Shown: positions 55,211-64,000 of the stretch, one piece after another
How the letters are laid out: every line of letters starts with the position of its first letter
Numbering within the stretch: position 1 is the stretch's first letter
Source of the DNA: Eledone cirrhosa
Lineage: Eukaryota
Length of the DNA: 64,000 nt
Direction: 5' to 3'
Assembly: GCA_964016885.1 (NCBI GenBank)
Contig: OZ024742.1
Coordinates: forward strand, 356,624,001 to 356,688,000
Notes under the pieces: model-generated
What the model was told of the DNA's origin: nothing
The model's input: only the letters and a program-made list of their open reading frames with translations
Databases searched by the model: none
Translations under genes and position numbers: made by a program

Positions 55211-55565
55211 TATATAAAGAAAAAGGGATGAAATCGAAAATGCAACTGAAGTCTTATTTTTTTTTAAATATATATATTTATTTGGTTCCTTTACCGGTTT
55301 CGCAGTTCTTCTGCTTTTCAAAAGGTGAGTTGAGATGGAGGGTCTGTGGTTTTTCTGTGAGAAAAACCACAGACCCTCCATCTCAACTCACCTTTTGAAA
55401 AGCAGAAGAACTGCGAAACCGGTAAAGGAACCAAATAAATATATATATTTTTTAAAAAATAAGACTTCAGTTGCATTTTCGATTTCATCCCTTTTTCTTT
55501 ATACTTCCACTCGTGTAGGACACCTCGGTTATTTTTCATTTTGTAAAAAAAACCTCACTTTCTAA
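55211..55565. mobile_element. Fold-back element, family F, with U3-A8 HHR at 55391-55428 (mirror 55288-55325)
   Basis: CCUU-UUGAAAA-GCAG aagaa CUGC-GAA ACCGGU A-AAGG. Confidence 0.87.
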
Positions 55566-55599
55566 TATATATATCTTTATATATATATATATATTAATG

Positions 55600-55655
<56 letters not shown>

Positions 55656-55691
55656 TATTCATATATATAATATATATATATACATATACAT

Positions 55692-58600
55692 AACGAGGTT
55701 TAGAAATGCTTGAACGTAAGGAGGTTGATGTTTGCTGTATCCAAGAGACCAGGTGGAGGGGCGGGTCTGCTGGATTCATTGTGGGTAAAAAACGATGCTA
55801 TAAGCTTTTCTGGGTGGGAAATATCAATGGGCTGGGTGGGGTATGAATCATGTTAGCAGAAAAATGGGTGGATATGATAATAGACGTAAAGAGAGTGAAT
55901 GACAGAATAATTAAAATATGACTTGTTCTAAATAGAAATACTGTGACAGTAATATATGCGTACGCACTCCAATCCGGACTGCCTGGCACTATAAAAGACA
56001 GATTCTATGAGACACTTTTGCTCACTACCTCCCAAATAACCGACACTGACTATATAATTATTGCTGGAGACCTAAATGGTCACGTTGGACAACATTGTGA
56101 CGGCTACGACGGAATCTATAGAGGCTATGGGTTTGGTACTAGAAATTAGGAAGGCTCCAGAATCCTGCAATTCTGTGACGCAAATAACCTAAGTATCTGT
56201 AACACTAACTTTAAAAAACGAGACAATCACTTGATCACCTACAGATCAGGGGAATATACCAGCCAGGTAGATTATATCCTTAACAGAAGACGTGACAGAG
56301 TGTCTGTTGTAAACACTAAATCCCTCCCCCACGAAGAATGCACCTCCCAACATATACTCATAATTAGCGACCTCAGAGTCAGGACAAGACGTACTCGACA
56401 ACAGAAGAGGATTATCCTCAGGAGAAAAATATGGAAGCTAAAGGACCCCACAGCCAATAATAAATTTAAAAGCATATTACCTGATGCTTTCGACAGTAAG
56501 GAAGAGCAATTAGAGTCGTACAATATAGAGGAACAGTGGGAATTCCTGAAAGCAAACCTGCTGATGGCGGCAGATGAAGTCTGTGGCTGGACCAGGCCTA
56601 TAGGCAGGAGCAGAGTAACGTCGTGGTGGAACAGTAAGGTGGAGGAGTCAATTAAGGCCAAAAAGCAGGCTTCGAAAGTATGGCGGGATGGGGGAAGTAG
56701 AGAAGACTATCAAGTGGCCAGGAGGGAAGCTAGGAGACAAGTGTACTTCGCAAGAAGAGAAGCAGAGGAAAGAAAGTTCAAGCATGTTCTACAACGCGAG
56801 GACCAAAAACATGAAGTGTTCAGGATTGCTAGGCAATGTGTCAAGGAAAATCGTGATATTGTCGGGGAGAAGTGTGTCCTTAATGATGATGGTGTACTTG
56901 ACATCACTGACGCTGATAAGAAGGTAGCTTGGAAGTGTCACTATGAAAGGCTACTAAATGAGGAGAATAAATGGGAGAAAGACAGTCTCCCCCACATCGA
57001 TCCAATAGAGGGACCAGCAGTGTTAGTAGAAGGTAGTATAATAAGTAAGGCAATCAAAGATATGAAGACGGGTAAGGCGGCTGGGCCTTCGGAAATAGTT
57101 GCTGAAATTCTGAAAGCATCTGGAACGGTGGGAAACACTATGGTCACACGGATAGTAAACCAAGTCATACAGAATGGAGTCATTCCGAAGGACAGGCGTA
57201 GCAGCATCATCTTTAACTGCTACAAGGGTAAAGGAGATGCCCTAGATAGGGGTAACTATAGAGGCATTAAATTAATCGACCAGGTCATGAAGGTCACAGA
57301 AAAAGTAATAGCGCAACTAATCAGTGAGCGAATTGATCTAGATGAAATGCAGTTCGGGTTTGTGTCAGGTAAAAGTACCACAGACGTTCTTTTCATTGTA
57401 CGAACACTACAGGACAAGTACCTAGCTAAAATTAGACCCCTATACTTAGCTTTTGTTGACCTGGAGAAAGCCTTTGACAGAGTCCCCCGCTCCATTATCT
57501 GGTGGGCTCTTAGAAAACTAGGTGTTGATGAATGGCTTGTGAGAGCTATACAAGCCATGTATAAAGAAACAGTCAGCAAGGTTAGAATTAACAACGAATA
57601 TAGGGAAGAGTTTAGCGTAAAAGTTGGTGTTCATCAGGGCTCTGTTCTTAGCCCCCTACTATTTATTATTGCCCTTCAAGACCGGCTGCCCATGGGAACT
57701 CCTATACGCAGATGATCTAACACTCATAGCTGAATCAATAGCTGAATTAGAGAAGAAATTCCAAACATGGAAGCATGGCCTAGAATCAAAAGGCCTTAAA
57801 ATTAACCTGTCTAAGACTAAAGTTCTAGTTTGTAGGAAGGAAAATAGGGCACCGGTCCCATCCGGGAAATGACCATGCACAGTGTGTAGGAAAGGAGTAG
57901 GCAGAAACTCCATTTTATGTCCCAAATGCAAAGTATGGGTGCATAAAAGATGTAGTGGGATCACAGGTAAGCTAACTAAGAACAGATTTTATATGTGGCC
58001 GGTGCTCTGGTGCAATAAGTAGTAGCAAGTGCCCACAGAATACTAGCTCATTCCATTGCACAGATGGTTCTATAGAAATAGTGGACACCTTCCGTTACTT
58101 GGGTGACAAAATCAGCAGTGGGGGAGGGTGCTCTGAAAGTACAGTAGCTAGAGTCAGAACTGGATGGAAAAAGTTCAGAGAGCTTATACCACTATTAGCC
58201 GCTAAAGGGTTCTCTCTAAAAATGAAAGGCAGGCTGTATGATGCCTGCATACGAAGAGCAATGTTACATGGCAGTGAGACCTGGGCATTGTATGAAGAGG
58301 ATATACGCAGACTGGAGAGGAACGAAGCTTGCATGCTCCGCTGGATGTGTAATAGTAATATACGTGAACGACAAAGTATAAACGAACTAAGGGAAAAGTT
58401 GGAAATAAGAGGGATCAGATGTTGTTTACTCGAGAGAAGACTACGTTGGTATGGTCACGTGATGCGCATGAAAGAAGACAGCTGTATAAAAATGTGCAGG
58501 GCAATAAAAATAGACGGTAGCCACGGAGTAGGCAGACCCAGAAAAACCTGGGACGACTTGATAAATTCCGACCTCATACACTTACAGCTCTCCAAGACAA

Positions 58601-59050
58601 TGTCACTGGACCGAGACCTTTGGCGGTACTCAGTAATAGAGAAGACCCGCCTTACCTAAATACAAAGTCAAACCTACTACAGTCGGTAGGCATCTCTAAC
58701 AAAATACACCCTGTCCCACCACCCCCACCCCATCCACACCGCCCCGTCCAATGTAAAGCTATGTTGGTGCCACAACATCCAGTCCGAAACAAATGAGGTC
58801 GTGTAGGTGTCACGTCAAAAAAACACACAGTCCACTCTGTAATGTGGCCGTGTAGGTAACACGGTAAAAACCTCCCAGCCCCACACTGTAAATGTGGTTG
58901 GTGTTAGGAAGGGCATCCAGCTGTAGAAAACCCGCCAGACAGTCCTATTCGAGCAAGACAATCACTCTTGCCTCAAGTGGGAAAACTCCCGTCCAAACCC
59001 ACTCAAGCGTGTAACACGGACGTTAAACGATGATGATGATGATGATGATG
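55692..59050 (+). mobile_element. Near-full-length RTE LINE (APE endonuclease, RT, Cys-rich insert, 3' UTR, (GAT)n tail), disrupted
   Basis: CCIQETRW, AGDLNGHVG, QVDYIL, NYRGIKL, FVDLEKAFD, GVHQGSVLSP, LYADD, RYLG; several stops and frameshifts. Confidence 0.95.
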
Positions 59051-59064
59051 ATATATATATATAT

Positions 59065-59381
59065 CATCATTCATCATTTCATTTTACGTCCGCTTTGCCC
59101 TGCTTGTAAGGGTGGGACGGGAACTGATTCTGGCTTGATTTCTACAGCTGGATGCCCTTCCTAACACCAACCTCATTTACAGTGAGTGCTGGGTGCTTTT
59201 TTTGCTGTGGCACCTCCACGACCACTTTGCATTTTAATGATATGGACCCCAGTCCCTATCATCTCATTTCTACAGCTGAGTAAACTGGAGCAAGGAAACA
59301 ACACACCACCCGGTCTGAGAATTGAAATCACAACCTTTCGATTGCAAGGCCAATGTTCTAACCACTAAGCCATGTGCCTCC
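59065..59381 (-). mobile_element. tRNA-derived SINE with RTE tail
   Basis: Same family as 32160-32508. Confidence 0.85.
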
Positions 59382-59445
59382 ATATATGTATTTATATATA
59401 TATATAATTATATATATATAATTATATATATATAATTATATACAT

Positions 59446-60030
59446 AATTATCGTGTCTATAGTCTGACTTTCATAGGTCATAGATTCCATACACTGTTGG
59501 TTTTTTCCCTGTATTATTGATAACGCACTATATATCTCTCTCTGGTGTGTTACCTTCTCAACATATTATATTTTAAAGGGCTCAGGATCTCTTCTCCTTT
59601 GAGCACATTATTTATAGGGAATAACGACGGCCTATGCCTCCGTTAATTTATCGTGATATTTCGCTCCTAATAACAGTCTTTCCTATCTGTTTGGTTGAGC
59701 ACACTTATCTGAGTAGATTTGGGCTGCCCTTTCTAGCAGTTCGTCTCTCAGAGGCCACTGGTTCACTGCCCCTAAATGCGCTGTGACTTCTCTCTCCCAC
59801 GTGTAGCTGGACAATCAATTGTAAAATTCTCTTAGTATTGTCTGAAATGTATGGCCTTACACACGCTGATGAACCGAGACTAGACCATTTCTTTCAACAC
59901 ATTTTTTGGTGAAACATATCTTTGGATTTGTACGTGTGTTATATAGTTATAAAGGTATTTATTTACGCTTTAATTTATATTTTTAATTATCGTGTCTATA
60001 GTCTGCCTTTCATAGGTTATAGATTCCATA
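59446..60030 (+). mobile_element. Retrozyme-like family B: one full 539-nt unit plus 45-nt terminal redundancy; HHR at 59859-59939
   Basis: aattatcgtgtctatagtctg at 59446 and 59985; ACACACG-CUGAUGA-acc..ggu-GAAAC auauc uuug gauuu GUA-CGUGUGU. Confidence 0.88.
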
Positions 60031-60672
60031 CTTTGCATTTGGGACATAAAATGGAGTTTCTACCTACGCCTTTCCTACACACTGAGCATGGCCATTTCCC
60101 GGAAGGGACCGTCGCCTTATTTTCTTTCCTACAAACTAGAACTTTAGTCTTAGCCAGGTTAATTTTAAGGCCTTTTGATTCTAGGTCGTGCTTCCATGTT
60201 TGGAATTTCTTCTCTAGCTCAGCCATTGATTCAGCTATGAGCGTTAGATCATCTGCGTATAGGAGTTCCCATGGGCAGCCGGTCTTGAACTCCACTGTTA
60301 TAGCCTGAAGGGCAATAATAAATAGTAGGGGGCTAAGAACAGTGCCCTGATGAACACCAACTTTTACACTAAACTCTTCACTATATTCGTTGTTAATTTT
60401 AACCTTGCTGACTATTTCTTTATACATGGCTTGTATAGCTCTCACAAGCCATTCGTCAACACCTAGTTTTCTAAGAGCCCACCAGATAATGGAACGGGGG
60501 ACTCTGTCGAAGGCTTTCTCCAAGTCAACAAAAGCTAAGTATAGGGGTTTACTTTTAGCTAGGTACTTCTCCTGTTGTTGTCGTCGTACAATGAAAAAAG
60601 CGTCTGTGGTACTTTTGAACTCACAACCTTTCGATTGCAAGCCCAATGCTCTAGCCACTAAGCCATGCGCCT
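60025..60672 (-). mobile_element. RTE RT fragment fused to a tRNA-SINE head
   Basis: FVDLEKAFD..LYADD on -; 60612-60672 matches the SINE head. Confidence 0.88.
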
Positions 60673-61093
60673 TCATATATATATTCATATATATATATAT
60701 ATTCATATATATATATATTCATATATATATATATATATAAGCCAAAGGGATATTCAATTTGTTGGTAATTCAACAAATATAAATGCTTATAACTGATTCA
60801 AAGCACTCTACAAGTTTTCTGGAGTATAATATTCAATGATAACCCATGCTAGCGTGGAAAGTGGACGTTAAATGAGGATGATGATGATGCTGATGATTAA
60901 ATAAATGGAAACTATATTTATAAAACCATATTTATTCTATTATATATATTTCAAGTGTACCAAAACTTTGCTACGCTCTCATCAGATAAAATACAAAGTT
61001 TGTTATATAAATATTGACATAACCAGAAAAAAAACCTTAACGGTCCAAGTTCTTCTGGATAGTCATATATATATATATATATATATTCACATA

Positions 61094-61131
<38 letters not shown>

Positions 61132-62029
61132 CATATATATATTCACATCATCATCATCATCATTTTACGTCCGCTTTTTCCTGTTTGCAAGGGTGGGACT
61201 GGTCCTATTCAGCACAGCATCTCTCCACTTGTCATGGTCCTTTTTCATCTCCCCTGTGAGCTTCAACGATATATATATATACCCTTATCGAGCACTCTTT
61301 GGATTTTAGTCTTCACATTTATTATTATTACTATATATATATTCACTTAGCAATGATGGTCACATGAAGGAGTACTCAATACCACAGTAGAGATTAATAT
61401 ATTCTTTATTAACGCCAGTCTTCCTTGACAAATCTGTGAGTACACATGAGAAACACTTGAGTAAAAATACAAGCTTGTCTTTAACAATATATATATGTGG
61501 AGAGAGAGGGGGAGAGAGATCAGATAAATATACATGCAATATATGATCCATGTCCCATCAGCTGCTGGTCATTTTCCCTTTCTTCAAGAATATCTCCTTG
61601 CCTCAGACACCTGCTCTCACTCTATCACTTTTCATCCCTTTCATCCTTGACAATCAACCTGAAACTGAGGTTGCTTTACTCCCTGACAGGTGCCACTTTT
61701 GTTCAGCTGCCATATATACTCCTTCACCACCCACTTCCATCACTGCCTCTCCTTACCTCTTTCAAGACACAATACATCTAGTTTTATTCTTCTTCTTCAT
61801 CTTCTTCACCCACTTATTCCTGGGTTGGTCATGGAGGCAGAGTCCTGAAACCAGAGACCAGCCGAGCTCATGAACCTTATCCAAACATCTTGCTTGGGGT
61901 CAACTCCTGGGTCTCCTGCCAGCTGGCTTTTCCCATAAAATCTGTCTGTTGATTCTTTCATATTTTTGTCATCTCCACTAAATTGGTAATGCTGGTGTCA
62001 TGATGATAATAATAATAATAATAATGGAA

Positions 62030-62495
62030 TTACTGCGTACAGTGATCAGGTGCACTACAACTTATCAAAGGTGCATGTATAGTACATAGAATAATGTACA
62101 CATTTCAGGAAAGTGAACAGTCTATGAGTCATGATATACATGTGTACTTGTGTATGGAGGGGGAATATCAGGTGTAGTGTTGGTGAATTTCAGAAAGCAT
62201 GGAGGTTTCAAAGGATACAGTGTCTCAACAGCTAACAACTGATGCAGGTAGTTTGTTCCATGCTTCAGCAATTCTGAGCGAGAAAAAAAGGTTTCTGAAA
62301 GTCATGGGAGCTGTGCTGTTTTCTCACTTTGTAGGCATGCCCACGTGTGTTAGACACATGGAATTCAAAATGGTACTCAGGGTTGTTGTTACAAGATGGT
62401 TAATAATTTTGTGGGTGTTTAACAAGTCAGATGCCAGACGTCGGAGCTTCAATGTATTGATGCCCAGAGAAGCAAGGCATTCAGAGTGTGATAAA
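62030..62495 (-). mobile_element. CR1/L2-type LINE 3' end
   Basis: LASLGINTLKLRRLASDL..KII motif and (TTA)n tail. Confidence 0.7.
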
Positions 62496-62529
62496 ATATA
62501 CCTAGTATATGCTGTAAAGTAGTTGGCAT

Positions 62530-63317
62530 TCAGGAAGGTAATCAAGCATATAAACACGGAATAGGCAGACCTAGAAAAACCTGGGACGAGCTGATAAACT
62601 CCGACATCACACACTTACACCTCTCCAAGACAATGTCACTGGACCGAGACCTTTGGCGGTACTCAGTAACAGAGAAGACCCGCCTTACCTAAATATATAG
62701 TAAAACCTACTCCAGCCAGTAGGCATCTCTAACAAAATACACCCCGTCCCACCACCACCACCCCCACCCCATCCACACCACCCCGTTCTATGTAAAGTTA
62801 TGTTTGTGCCGCGCCATCCAGGCCGAAACAAATGAGATCGTGTAGGTGTCACGACAAAAAAAACACACAGTCCACGCTGTAATGTGGCCGTGTAGGCAAC
62901 ACGGTAAAAACCTCCCAGACCCACACTGTAAATGTGGTTGGTGTTAGGAAGGGCATCCAGCTGTAGAAAACCTGCCAGACAGTCCACGCTGTAATGTGGC
63001 CGTGTAGGCAACACGGTAAAAACCTCCCAGACCCACACTGTAAATGTGGTTGGTGTTAGGAAGGGCATCCAGCTGTAGAAAACCTGCCAGACAGTCCACG
63101 CTGTAATGTGGCCGTGTAGGCAACACGGTAAAAACCTCCCAGCCCCACACTGTAAATGTGGTTGGTGTTAGGAAGGGCATCCAACTGTAGAAAACCTGCC
63201 AGACAGTCCTATGCAAGCAAGACAATCACTCTTGCCTCAAGTGGGACTACCTCCGTCGAAACCCATGCAAGCGTGGAACACGGACGTTAAACGTTGATGA
63301 TGATGATGATGATGATA
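62530..63317 (+). mobile_element. RTE 3' end with tandem amplification of a ~110-bp 3' UTR unit
   Basis: acagtccacgctgtaatgtggccg..gtagaaaacctgccag occurs three times. Confidence 0.88.
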
Positions 63318-64000
63318 AACAACGCGAAATATAAAGGCATGAACAAGATCTGGTTAACTTCCCGGTCAAATCTCAGAAGTTTACAATCCGTCCAACCCAT
63401 ACCAGCATGGATATAAAATGGTGATGATTGTGATGATGATGATATTGAATAAAATACTGGCTGAATAAATAAGTATAAAAGATTATCATTACAATCGTAT
63501 AGATTCGGAAACAATATATGACTCGGCAATAAAGTACATATTAAAACAGATATTTTGCTGGGAAAATAATTTATCTATATAACAACCAAATAATAAAGGG
63601 AGGAAGGCGGGGGGAAATTTCATCTAAAAATACAACATTTTTGATAATAGTTATTCAGCAATATCATTTTCAAATTGATAATAGTAATGTAGAAAAGTTG
63701 ACAAAATTTAGTTTTTCAAATGGATGTTCTCCTTTCTGCTTCTTCTGATATCAATACACTTAAATTTTCTTTAGATCTAAGTCCATGTATATATATATAT
63801 ATATATACACATATATATATATATAATGTGTTCATGTATTTGTGTGTGTATATATGTGTGTGTGTATATATATATGTGTGTGTATGTGTGTTTGTGCATA
63901 TATATATATATGTATGTGTGTTTGTGTATATATATATATATGTGTGTGTGTGGAGGGGTGTATATATGCATGAGGTTTGTGTGTGTGTGTATATATATAT

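Overview
Repeat-dominated eukaryotic genomic DNA. The long (TA)n/(CA)n microsatellites, Meta-domain and tRNA-derived SINEs, RTE LINEs and Naiad-type Penelope-like elements suggest an octopus or other coleoid cephalopod (inference). Almost all ORFs in the supplied track are microsatellite artefacts. The real coding remnants are several Penelope-like retroelements (PLEs: RT + GIY-YIG; one near-complete Naiad-type copy at 14787-16917), a near-full-length RTE LINE with many fragments, Tx1/L1 and CR1 fragments, and three phase-compatible exons of an unidentified host gene (33797-37698). The main signal is in the short islands between (TA)n tracts. Read by eye, they carry roughly 19 sequence families (more than 30 loci) of type I hammerhead ribozymes (HHRs). 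Four families are protein-free tandem or circularly permuted units of about 428, 530, 539 and 593 nt with one HHR per monomer (retrozyme-like). Two families use a compensatory U3-A8 core, one has a conserved U4A core, several have palindromic stem III sequences that can fold only as dimers, and many insertions are fold-back palindromes that turn at the ribozyme. All folding and coordinates are manual and ribozyme activity is untested.
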